Source of the DNA: Octopus sinensis
Lineage: Eukaryota
NCBI RefSeq assembly: GCF_006345805.1
Contig: NC_043005.1
Coordinates: 84,134,001 to 84,198,000 of the forward strand
DNA: 64,000 nt
Direction: 5' to 3'
Part shown: positions 52,565 through 64,000 of the stretch, in pieces
How positions within the stretch are numbered: the stretch's first letter is position 1
Layout of the letters: each line of letters starts with the position of its first letter
The notes under the pieces: generated by a model
The model's input: only the letters and a program-made list of their open reading frames with translations
Told to the model about the DNA's origin: nothing
The model's database searches: none
Made by a program: the position numbers and the translations under genes

Positions 52565-53953
52565 ATAAATGAAGTATATGGAAAGGAAAAATTGTAGGTG
52601 TAGACGTTCTTTAATTCATAATCCAAGTTGGTACAGATCCAACATACACAAACATGCAGGAAGTAAATAGACACCTTTAATTTTCAAAATCTTTTTATTT
52701 AATACACAAAGCGAACAATTGAATTGTAATCGATGTATGTAGGACTACATACTTTAGTATTTAGTTAGCATTTCCTTTGCAGTTTTTAATTCAGAAACTC
52801 TTTCTAGTATTGAACTGATGAGATTTGTGATTGTCTCTTGTGGAATTTCTGCCCACTTTTCACGTAACAATCAAAACAATTCATCTTTAGAGTTAGGTTT
52901 CTGTCGAATTTTTCCTATAGCTCTATCTAGTATACTCCTGGCTCGGCTAAGGAAGCTTTTTGATCCCATTTTCCATCAACCATTGTTGATTCCTTTTCAC
53001 TGTGTGGCTTGAACCCCCGTCTTCCATGAATAAAAACTCGTTTTCTGTTATGTTACTGTGTAAATACATCAGAAGTAGTCCTTGCTTAAGTATTTCGATG
53101 TATTTTTCAGGGTTTAAGATTCCAACACATTCGATCAGCACAGAATGACCATTGCTGGTGACAGCTCCCCATACCATCACAGAAAAACTGCTGTATTTCA
53201 CAGTTGGTTGGAGTCGTTTCAAATCAAATTCTTGATTGAGAAGCCTCCAGACCCAACATATCCACTGTCTGAAAATAATGCAAATCTGGATTCATCTGAG
53301 GAAATCACTCTATCCCAAAATGAACTGGATTTTTCTGACAACTCCTTAGTCCGTTTCTGTCTTTTCGTGATATTAATTGTTTGAAGGAGAGGTTTTCTTC
53401 TAGCTGCTCGCCCACAATACCAAAGCTTATGCAGATATGTAACACACATTCTTGGTCTAACTTCTAGCTGCTTTGCAATGTCAGAAGCCTTAGAACAGAG
53501 TTTGTTTTCCACAATTCTCTTCAAACGGCAGAGCTTCCTTTCTGAGGGCCCAGGTTAGCCAGGATGAAAATCTGTTGATTCTTTTCCTTGCCTTTTGAAT
53601 TGCACTAAAAGAGGAATTCGAAGGTTTTTGGCAATTTTTCGCTGGCCAAGACCAGCCTCAGATTGACCAACAATACAACCTCTTTGAAAATCTGACAGTT
53701 CTGCTGAATTTTCTGTGCACGGCATGGTTACTCTTCGCAAATGTTTAATATAATGGTACCTGGAATGAAAAAGAATAATTACATTGTAAATTCTATACCT
53801 CTGAAAACATGTTAAGCTGCTTAGATCAGAAATTTTGAAAATTAAAGGTGTCTATTTACTTCCTGCATGTCTGTGTACATCTGAATGTATATTGGATTAT
53901 GAATTACAGATCGTTTGCACCTACAAATTTTCCTTTTCTTATACTTCATTTAT
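52565..53953 (-). mobile_element. Tc1-family transposon with ~125-bp inverted repeats
   Basis: 52565-52690 is the reverse complement of 53830-53953, including ACATGCAGGAAGTAAATAGACACCTTTAATTTTCAAAAT. Confidence 0.9.
52754..53725 (-). pseudogene. Tc1-type transposase, frameshifted
   Basis: ELSDFQRGCIVG (HTH), AARRKPLL, WDRVISSDESRF, PTVK...VMVWG, FMEDG..SH, terminal TKY*. Confidence 0.9.
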
Positions 53954-54061
53954 TGTTTTTGCAAATACTGAATATATTTATTTTATATATATTTTTGACT
54001 TGGACTGTATTGGTAGACTTGGATGTTTGACATCCCTTTGAAAGATTTCAGTCCCCACCAC

Positions 54062-54095
<34 letters not shown>

Positions 54096-56004
54096 GTGTG
54101 TGTGTCTTTGTGTCTGTGTTTGTCCCCCATCACTTCTTGACAACCGGTGTTGGTGTGTTTACATTCCTGTAATTTAGTGGTTTAGCAAAAGAGACCGACG
54201 GTACCAGGCTTTAAAGAAAAAAGGCATAGGGTTGATTCATTCAACTAAAATCCTTCGAGGTGGTACTCCAACATGGCCGCAGTCTAATGAGTGAAACAAG
54301 CCAAAGATAAAAGACCATCATCATTTTAATGTCTGCTTTTCCAAGCTTGCATGGGTTGGTTGAGAGCATCCTGGGGCAGAGCTTTCATACAGCCGGATGC
54401 TCTTCCTGTCACCAACACTAACTTGTTTCCAAGATAATAATCTCTATGTCTATCAAACAACAAATAACCCTGAAATGTTTTCAGGAGAATGACTGGAAAC
54501 ACATGACACCGTATGAATGAGCCTTTTGTTTACAACTAGCAAGCACATGCGAAGACAAGGGACAAGATGAGCTCACACACACACATTGACACATACACAC
54601 ACACACATATACACACATACATATGTAGCTTCCCCTGGCACGTAAAAAGCACCCACTACACTCACAGAGTGGTTGGCATTAGGAAGAGCATCCAGCTGTA
54701 GAAACACTATCAGATCAGACTGGGCCCTAGTGCAGCTTCCTGGATTCCCAGACCCCGGTCGAACTGTCCAACCCGTGCTAGCATGGAAAACGGACGTTAA
54801 ACGATAATGATGATGATGATGATATAAAAATTTTAAAAAATCTCTAAAACGTACTGCTGTCATCATTTCTAAAAAAAAATACTGAAAAATGGTATGGCAC
54901 CATTTCTAAAAATAGCTAAGCAACTACTACATCTATCCACGGGAATGTATATAAAGGACAAAATTTAACCAGTCAACCACAGTTGAAACCAATGAACACA
55001 ATTGTCACCACCAATGAACCTGAAGACTGCATAAACGCAAGAAAGTATACAAGAATTCAATAAGAATGGACATTTAATATTTCATTTCATTTCTTTTTAC
55101 TATAGTGGTATTTTATATCTTATATTAATATTAGAAGATTATAACCAAAATGTGAAAAACAGAGTTGGAAATCCTTTGAGTAATATATTCTTCTATACAC
55201 AATCATACAAACCCCTTTGTGCATGTGTATATATATATATATGGTGTTTTCAGGAGAATGACTAGAAACACATGACACCGCGTGAATGAGCCTTTTGTTT
55301 ACAACTAGCAAACACATGTGAAGACAAGGGGCTAGATGAGATCACACACACATTGACACATACACACACACACACATATGTAGCCTCCCCTGGCACCTGT
55401 GCCAATGGCAGGTAAAAAGCACCTACTACACTCACGGAGTGGTTGGCGTTAGGAAAGGCATCCAGCTGTAGAAACACTACCAGTCAGACTGGGCCCTAGT
55501 GCAGCCTCCTGGCTTCCCAGACCCCGGTCGAACCGTCCAACCTGTGCTAGCATGGAATACAGATAGGGGTTATGGGTATAACCCACTATGGGATATCATT
55601 TATCCAATATACAGCTGGTAAAGTACCCAAATTCTTAATACATAAATGTTTTTATTGCAATGCAATTAATTCATTTATTGTATTAAACGGGTGAAGGTAA
55701 AGAAATATTTTTACTGTAAATTTATAATACAAATGAAACAACTGTATGAAGTAATTTTAGGATTTCATTAATTTATACTATGACTTTTAAAATCTGTATT
55801 TGTATTATTATCTTATCTATTGATTTATATAATATTTTTGTGTGCTTTTGATGTTCTCATTTTGTTAAATGAATAAATAATCCAACATTATAATATCCGT
55901 AAGTTGATGAACAAACCAAATTTGTATCTCCATTTTTATTATTTGTAATATATATATATATTACTTGAAGCCTTTGACGAAAAAGGAGGGGATATAGCAT
56001 CACA

Positions 56005-56462
56005 TGATGTGGAAGACAACTGAGGACATGTGTAAGCTTGCAAAGAACAAAGCCAATATGCTCCACTGTATGTGTAATGTCAGTGTGCATACTCGACAGA
56101 GCGTAAGTGCCTTGAGAAAAGTTGGACCTATGAAGCATCAGATGCGTTGTGCAAGAGAGACGACTGTGCTGGTATGGTCATGTGGTGAGAATGGATGAGG
56201 ATAGCTGTGTGAAAAAGTGTCACACTCAAGCGGTTGAGGGAACCTGTGGAAGAGGTAGACCCAGGAAGACCTGAGAAGAGGTGGTAAAGCATGACCTTCG
56301 AACATTAGTCTTCACCAAGGAAATGACTAGTGATCGAGACCTTTCCTTCATTGGACACTAAACCCTGCTTGAAATTGAAATATAATTCGATGACTGGCAT
56401 CCATGCCAGTGGAGCGCTAAGAGCACCATCCAAGTGTGATCGTTGCCAGGGCCGCTGGCAAT
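56005..56462 (+). mobile_element. RTE 3' coding fragment, same family as 8392-9690, followed by one UTR unit
   Basis: Nucleotide match to the reverse complement of ~8430-8770, with stops and frameshifts. Confidence 0.85.
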
Positions 56463-56482
56463 GATCATGCTTCTCATTATGG

Positions 56483-56697
56483 AAGGCTGCAAGCTGGCAG
56501 AATTATTAGCATGCTGGGCAAAATGCTTAGTGGTATTTCGTCTGCCACTAAGTTCTGAGTTCAAATTCCGCTGAGGTCGACTTTGCTTTTCACCCTTTTG
56601 GGGTTGATGAAATAAGTACAAGTTATGCACTAGGGTCAATAAAATTGACTAGCCCCCTTCTCCAAAAATTTTCAAGGCTTTGTGCCTAGATTAGAAA
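56483..56697 (+). mobile_element. SINE family B
   Basis: Matches 5303-5518. Confidence 0.75.
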
Positions 56698-56711
56698 TAA
56701 TAATAATTATT

Positions 56712-57077
56712 GTATGAGAGTTCACAGCTTATTTTGCTGGCTATGATGGAAAGCATCAGCTGTCCATAGCCAGCAGACTAAGGTGACACTTGTCTACTGG
56801 CCATGCTTCAAGAACACTGCAAAGAATTCTTGCATCTCCAAGCAATTCTGATTTTTGTAGCTGTTCTACTTTCACTCTTGCACTGATCTCTTTCAGCCAT
56901 GTTGGTAGTTGAGTGCTGATACTTCCAAGTGCACCAATTACTATTGGTATCATGTCTACTCTCTTCATGAACCCCAACCTTCGTATATTCCCCACTTTAA
57001 ATCGTCATAGTTGATTATTTTTTCTTCTTCTTTCACATTGATCCTGTTGTCACCAGGGCATGCTATGTCGATTATCA

Positions 57078-57080
<3 letters not shown>
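56712..57080 (-). mobile_element. R4/Dong-type 3' fragment between TAA repeats
   Basis: IIDIACPGD...KEEEK..YDDL, IPIVIGALG, LQKSELLGDARILCSVL. Confidence 0.8.
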
Positions 57081-57108
<28 letters not shown>

Positions 57109-57281
57109 TGGCAGAAGTTACAAAATGACTCATGAGCTGAGAGTTTCATGCATTAGCAATTATCAAACTGGTTTCAACTCATAGGGATAACATTTATAAA
57201 ACTATCACAATTATTTGGAACCATTTGATAAGTGCTAATACATGAAACTCCTGGCACTTGAGTACACTGTAACTTCTGCCA
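57109..57281. mobile_element. Small palindromic MITE
   Basis: TGGCAGAAGTTACA ... TGTAACTTCTGCCA, with internal pairing over ~70 bp. Confidence 0.7.
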
Positions 57282-57293
57282 GTTCTTCATAAT

Positions 57294-57356
<63 letters not shown>

Positions 57357-57405
57357 TACACACTCAAGTTTTGAGTTCTATTTTCCTGTTTGCATCACCA
57401 AACCT

Positions 57406-57443
<38 letters not shown>

Positions 57444-58714
57444 TCACACACACACTTACATACAACAGTGTGTATATATATATATATGTGCTTGTGTGCG
57501 CGTGGGTGTATGTGATCAGCTCTCCTTGTCTCAATATACATACACATGCGTCTACCATTACTGTACATAAGTATCTATCTACACACACACACACACACAT
57601 GTACAAAATCCTTCGACTCTTAACAGTGGTTTCGCTGACAGTCAACCCACCCACCTACCCTACACCTCAACCGCATCATTAATGATAAGTGTTGTCAGCC
57701 AGTATTTTCATTAATTATGCAAAATATCTTCAGATCACTTAATGCTTTTTAATGCATTTGTCATAATTCCTAATGTGAACTATATCATACCTGCTGTTTA
57801 GGGGCAACAGGAAGGTTTAGAAACCACCAACATTATTATTATTATTATCATCATCATTATTATTGTTGTTGTTGTTGTTGTTAGAGTGGGAAGGGGCCAT
57901 TAATGGTTTGTTCTAGTTTATTTAGTATTTCTGTTTTGTGTCATCATCATCATATACATATGAGTGTGTGTGTGTGTGCGTATGTATGAATGTGTGTGTG
58001 TGTATAAATGTATATGAGTATGTGTGTATGTATGTGTGTGTATATGTGTGCGTGAGTGTGCATATGTATGTGTATGTGTGTGAGTGTATGTATATGTACG
58101 TGTATATGTGTGTGTATGTGTGTGTATGTGTGTCTCTATGTGTGTGTATGCGTCTATATATGCATGTGTGTGCATGTGTGTGTGTGTGTGTGCATGTGTG
58201 TGTGGATGTGTGTACATATTCTGTTGTCTGGTGCCTTTTGTCTGGGAATAAAGCTTTACAGTTATCTTCAATATGTCCTTATTCACCATCATCAATCATC
58301 CCCCCCACCATCATTACCCCCACCATCATCACAACTGCTGCTATGATCTCCACCCCCTGCCTGCACCAGCTTCATTATCTTCATGCTTATTCCCTCCATC
58401 ATCACAACTGCCACCATCACTTTTATCATCATCCCCTCCCCATATCATCATCATCCTCATCTCCACCACCGCTACCACCACCACCACACCACCACCACCA
58501 CCGCCGCCAATGCCGCCACCACCACCACCACCATCATGAAAGAGCATCCATCAGAAAAAGGTTTCAGTAATATTCATCTAACTCATGCTAGCATGGAAAA
58601 ACAGATGTAAAATTGAAGAATGAATAAGCATGTGCTTGTGTGTGCATGTGTGTGGGTATGCCTGCTAATGTATGTACATGTGTGTGTGTAAGTTAGAATT
58701 GGCTTTAAATTACC

Positions 58715-59098
58715 ATGTAAAAAGCACCTGTGCTGGCACCACATAAAAGGCTTCCAGCTGGTGCCACATAAAAAGTTCCTCTGCTGGTAGCATATAAAAA
58801 GCACCAGTGCTGGCCTCCCCATATTAAGCACTAGTGCTGGTGCCATGTAGGAACCTCTTGTGCCAGTGCCACATAAAAAGCACTTGTGCTGGTGCCACAT
58901 AAAAAACACTGGTGTCACATAAAAAAAAACCCAAAACACTGTTAAAGTGGTTGGCATTAGGAGGGGCATCCAGCCATAGAAACCATGCCAAAACAGACAA
59001 TGGAACCTCATGTGGCTCCAGGCTGCCAAACTGTCCAACCCATACCAGCATGGAAAACAGACTTTAAATGTTGATGATGATGAGGATGATGATGACGA
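58715..59098 (+). mobile_element. RTE 3'-UTR-type copy with shortened units
   Basis: Repeats of GTGCTGGTGCCACATAAAAAGCAC, then terminal domain and (GAT)n. Confidence 0.65.
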
Positions 59099-59523
59099 TA
59101 ATGGATTAATAAAGATTAGTGTCATACGCGCACAAGAACTACTTGCATGACACCAAATTTTCACAAATTTTGCCAAAGCCTTTCCAGATTCTTCTCCAGC
59201 CTAACACAAGAACACATTACCCTCCACCTCGTTCTCTACTTTCTTCCTGTTTCTTCTTTCTTTCTTTTTTCTATTTCTTTGTCTTTTGTTGTTCTTTTTC
59301 CTTCTCTTGTATCTTTTACTTGTCTCATTCACTGGACTACGGTCATTTAGTTGAATGAGTTGACGCTAGTGCTTATTTTTGATTTTAAGCAAGGTACTTA
59401 TTTTGTTGGTCTATTTTGCTGAACTGCCAAGTTACAGGGACGTAAACAAACCAGCACCAGTTGTGAAGTGGTGATGGGGAACAAACACATACAAAACACA
59501 TACATGCATATATATATTTATAT

Positions 59524-59558
<35 letters not shown>

Positions 59559-59639
59559 CAGGTGTACACACACACACACACACATCCACATGTCAAAGTC
59601 ACCAGCCCCACCCACACACATACACACACGCATGTGCAC

Positions 59640-59908
59640 CTTCATTTTGGGATCAACATTACTTTATTATCTCCCCTTCTTCCTAGATCTCCTGTCCATC
59701 TACCTTTCTCCAACCAGTTGCCATGATTGACCGCTAAATCCACAAGTTTCTTTACTCTCTCTGTTCATTTCCTTGTTTTTCTTTCTGTTGAAGAGCATAG
59801 GCTTGAAATGTAAAAGACTTTTCTCACCTTCCTGAACATCAAACTAATACACCTTCTTGTTCTTTATACACCTAACTTTGTTTTTTGTTTTTCTGTAAAT
59901 TTCAACTA
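59640..59908 (+). mobile_element. Solo PLE-LTR-like mini-element with decayed hammerhead, nested in SINE A
   Basis: CTTT-CTGTTGA-A-GAGC-ATAG-GCTT-GAAAT-GTA-AAAG; homologous to 25800-25958. Confidence 0.6.
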
Positions 59909-59980
59909 CACACACACACAAAATGGGCTTCTTTTAATTTCCGTCTACCAAATCCACTCACAAAGCTTTGGTTTGCTTAA

Positions 59981-60205
59981 CCCTTTAGTGTTCAGATTAC
60001 TCTATTAAATGTATGTAATATCTTTTTTACTCAAATTGTTTTTAATTAATCATGCATTATCTTATAGCTTTGAGGTTTCAATGACGTGATTGTTTATTTT
60101 TAGAATGTTAATGTAGGTTAGGTGTGAGAGCCCTGATCTGGTCAGTTTAAACATAAAATAAGTAGAAAACTTTGGCCGGATATGGCCAGTTTAAACACTA
60201 AAGGG
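59981..60205. mobile_element. piggyBac-type MITE nested in SINE A
   Basis: TTAA-CCCTTTAGTGTT ... AACACTAAAGGG-TTAA; SINE sequence resumes on both sides. Confidence 0.88.
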
Positions 60206-60361
60206 TTAAGGCTATACTAGAAGACATCTACCCGAGGTGCCATGCTGTGGGGCTGAACCCAGAACCATGTGGTTGGGAAGCAAACTTTTTACTACACAGC
60301 CACGCCTGGACCTTAATTATTATTATTATTATTTTAATTATTACTGTTGTTGTTGTTGTTA

Positions 60362-60620
60362 TTCTCCACCACACAGACCTTTTACTTTCGGGTTGTATAT
60401 AATTATACCTCAGCTCCTGCATGCAGTTCAGTGGCATAAGACCTTCCTCAGCACATGAGCCTTTCCAAGCACTGCAGCCATTTGTGTACTCCCTAATATC
60501 TCAGGTATGGCAGAGATCTCAGGTATTGCATCCAGATTCTTTGAAATTGTTCCAAGTGTGCACTGATAAGAAAGAGGACAATTTTGAATGTATTTTCTGT
60601 ACCTGGCTTGCCACATCTTG
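60362..60620 (-). mobile_element. R4/Dong-type 3' fragment
   Basis: TLGTISKNL...QMAAVLGKAHVLRKVL*, then UTR and (AAC)n(TAA)n. Confidence 0.65.
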
Positions 60621-60650
60621 GTATTTGCCTACTTTTACTCTATTAGTTAA

Positions 60651-60818
60651 GTAGGAGTGGCTGTGAGGTAAGTAGCTTGCTTACGAACCACATGGTTCTG
60701 GGTTCAGTCCCACTGCATGGCAACTTGGGCAAGTGTCTTCTACTATAGCCTTGGGCTGACCAAAGCCTTGTGAGTGGATTTGGTAGACGGAAACTGAAAG
60801 AAGCCCATCGTATATATG

Positions 60819-60849
<31 letters not shown>

Positions 60850-61073
60850 TTATATGTTTGCGTGTCTGTGTTTGTCCACCCAACATCACTTGACAACTGA
60901 TTCTGGTGTGTTTCCATCCCAATAACTTAGCAGTTCAGCAAAAGAGACTGATATAATAAGTACTAGGCTTACAAAGAATAGGTCCTGGGGTTGATTTGCT
61001 CGACTAAAGGTGGTGCTCCAGCATGGCCACAGTCAAATGACTGAAACAAGTAAAAGAGTAAAGAGTAAGAGAG
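60651..61073 (+). mobile_element. Full-length SINE family A
   Basis: A/B boxes, internal microsatellite, AGTAAAAG tail. Confidence 0.9.
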
Positions 61074-61135
61074 TAGTGATATATAAATTATTATTATTAT
61101 TATTTATTATTATTATTATTATTATTATTGTTATT

Positions 61136-61373
61136 GAGTGAGAGAGCAGCACATGCCATCAAAGTGACATTGGGTGCAAATTAATGAAACTCAATTTACC
61201 CATTATGATAACCCGTCTGATAAGGGTACACCAGGCAATATGCATCACAACCATATGTGCGCAACATGGTGATCTCATATCAAGATAAACTGTGCATGAC
61301 CTTGCAGGCGAGGCCCAGTTAGAATTTTCTTCAGGTCTTGTAGTACCAAAATTGATACTGTGAGAATTATAAA

Positions 61374-61406
<33 letters not shown>

Positions 61407-61705
61407 TGTAGTTCATCCTGTTTAAGGATGTTGAACAAAACACCCATGTTTACAGAGTGAATTATTTAATCCCCAAAGAATTCCTCTCAACACATGGCTA
61501 TGATGCTTTCCTACCACTCCTGCTTGTGATCAGAAATGCACTTATCTTTCATTAAGGGACATGTTCAACAGATTTAGGTCAAACAACTGACAAGCAAATC
61601 TGTGATATTGAGCTGGATATTTACTGTAGCCCATCTTTTACACCAAGACAAAACGATGTACATGATAACACATCCAATCAGTTAAGATCAGAAGCCGGGG
61701 CATTT
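61136..61705 (-). mobile_element. Family D repeat, longest copy
   Basis: Spans both ends seen in other copies; TAA repeats on both sides. Confidence 0.8.
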
Positions 61706-61725
61706 ATTATTATTATTATTATTAT

Positions 61726-62280
61726 TCTATGTTTGCCTTTTGCTTGCATTTGTACAAGTTGGCTCCAAGTCTCTCTTAGAGACCTCAAGAGACAAGTTGG
61801 AAGTTCATGTTGGTGTTATGCCTTGGGTGCCATACATTTGATTTTGTACATAGTGTTGTTCTAGAGAATGTTTAAGAAACCATAAGAAAATTATGTGTTT
61901 GTTTTAACAATTTGAAATTACATAGACAGTATTTTACATAGGATATAGGCAGTTCCCATGAGCACTATCTTTTGAATTTCTGGCATTTTGGGGTTTCCTG
62001 GTATCTGAGCTAGGTAGCAATCAGCCCCTTTTGCTATCATTTCCAGGGCACCTATGACAACAGGTATTGTTTTAGTCTTCAGGTTCCACATTCTGCTGAT
62101 TTCTATTTCAAGATCTTTATATTTGCTCAGTTTCTGGTAGGTCTTGACAGATACGTTTATATCAATTGGGACAGTCATATCAAGGAGGAGGCATGATGTC
62201 TGGCCTATTTGCATCTATCTTTCTGTCACTTTGAATAGTGAAGTTCCAGAGGTGTGAGATGTGATTATTTTCCAGCACTT
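61726..62280 (-). mobile_element. R4/Dong 3' fragment with complete 3' UTR, same family as 17608-18783
   Basis: DMTVPIDINVSVKTYQKLSKYKDLEIEISRMWNLK...ILSM*; ends in (TAA)n. Confidence 0.9.
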
Positions 62281-62311
62281 ATCATCATCATCATTCTTCT
62301 TCTTCTTCTTC

Positions 62312-62370
<59 letters not shown>

Positions 62371-62479
62371 ATTCTCACAGTATCAATTTTGGTACTTTGG
62401 TAGAATTTGAACTCAGAATATAAAGTGGATGCTGCAAAGATTTTGTTCAATATTATAATAATTTTGTCTTTCGAGATAT

Positions 62480-63300
62480 TGATATTTTGTTGATGGGAAT
62501 AGAAGGGAACGAGAAGGAGAAGAATAAGAAAGAAGAATATGCGAGAAGAAAGACAAAAGAAGAAAGAAGGAAAGCAAATAAGAAGGAAAAAATGCAAAAA
62601 TGAAACAATGTGCAGAGGAATAGAAGACGAGAAAGAAGGAGTAAAGGAAGAAGAAAGGGAAAAGGGAATAAGTAAGGAGACAAGGAAGATGAAGAAGTAG
62701 GAAAAAGAAAAAATTAGAAAAGAATGAAGTATATAACTGAATGAAGACATAACTGAATGAAATGAAATTTCATTCAATTATATTTTTTAGGCGAAAAAAA
62801 AAGAGAAAAAAGAGAAGGAAGAAGAATATGAAAGGAGAGAAGTTAAAAGGAAAAAGTAAGAAAGGGGATATAGCAATGAAATGAAAAAGAAAAAGAAAAG
62901 AAAGAAATAACAAGAGAGAAGGAAGAAGAAAAAGGGAAGAGAAAAGAAAAAAGGAAGAACTGAGGAAATTAGAAAAGAAGAAAAAGAGAAAAATAAGTAA
63001 GAAAGAAAAAGAGAAAGAAGAGAAACTGAGGAAATTAGAAGAAAAGAGTAAGAGAAGAAGGAAAAGAAGAAGAAGCAAGAAGGAGAAGAAGAACTAAAGA
63101 AAGAAAAGGAGAGAATAGAATAAATTAGAAGAAAAATAATTTGGAAATGAAGACTAAGAAGAGAGAATGAACGAGAAACAGAATAAGATGAAGGAAACAA
63201 CCAACAGATGACAAAGAAGAAGGAGAAAAAGGAAAGAAAGAAAGAAAGAAAAAAGGCAAGTGCTTTGTGTTGCTGTGTTTGGTTGAGGAAGAAGAATATG
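62480..63300. repeat. Purine-rich (GAA/GAAA) low-complexity tract
   Basis: ~800 bp of mostly A/G on the + strand. Confidence 0.85.
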
Positions 63301-63630
63301 GAAGTGTTTCGGTGGAGTTTGCTAAATTTTAGGTGTTGCATGAATAGTTAGAGAGTACGTGTAGAGTGATACTAATCCATATTGGTCTCACATGATACGG
63401 TAAATGTACTAATTCTTCACTAGTTGCACCACTTTTCATTGGAAACCTATATTCTGTTGCATGTGTGCAGACATGCATAAATGAGAAAATATAATGACAT
63501 GCTGTTGCACACATACACACACACAGCCAGACTTGTGTGTGTGTGTGAGCATATATATACACACACACACATAAGGTACATGCCTATATATGTGGGTCAT
63601 GAAATATAGGCTGGGAACTGTAAAAGAAAA

Positions 63631-63665
<35 letters not shown>

Positions 63666-64000
63666 AGCATGCTACCAGTGTGCTTTCTGTATGCATAGCT
63701 GCATACAAAGCAGGTGTTTAGATATATAGAGCTCTACTGCAAAGATGCGTACACAGAAATACTCACACAAACACACACCATGTGTTTGTATACATATATA
63801 TATATGGACACACACACACACATATATATATATATGGACATATGCTAGCACTCCCTTAAAGAAACTGTTTATGTATATACATACATGCATATGTATATTA
63901 AATATATATGGACATATGCTAGCACTCCCTTAAAGAAACTGTTATGTATATACATACATGCATATATATAGCTATATATATTTATATATATTATTATATA

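Larger units (their letters stand above)
52349..54313 (+). mobile_element. SINE family A split by a Tc1 element inserted in its internal (TA)n
   Basis: 5' half at 52349-52512, 3' half at 54095-54313. Confidence 0.7.

Noticed and set aside
62265-63341. Hydrophobic Phe/Leu/Ser ORFs resembling membrane proteins
   Set aside because: Reverse complement of a GAA-rich low-complexity tract

Overview
AT-rich eukaryotic (animal) DNA saturated with (TA)n, (CA)n, (TAA)n and (GAT)n microsatellites and interspersed repeats. The repeat families look like those of an octopus/cephalopod genome; this is recognition, not a database result. Almost all ORFs in the track are microsatellite artefacts. Real coding remnants are all transposable elements: a young 5'-truncated RTE LINE with a PHD finger inside its RT (7504-9690, -), a Penelope-like element (PLE; RT + GIY-YIG, 44830-47382, -), six R4/Dong-type fragments mostly in TAA repeats, Tc1, DD41D and mariner remnants, several MITEs and three tRNA-type SINE families. 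One candidate host exon with strong splice signals lies at 27384-27628 (-). Most notable: (1) the PLE 3' region carries a compact expression cassette of five fixed-spacing CCAAT+CRE modules, a TATA box, an initiator and a decayed hammerhead ribozyme; (2) solo hammerhead-bearing mini-elements are scattered in microsatellites; (3) the RTE 3' UTR is a variable array of ~60-bp units that explains many SINE-like copies; (4) one RTE copy has twin-priming inversion geometry; (5) a mariner is built as a foldback from two 3' ends.
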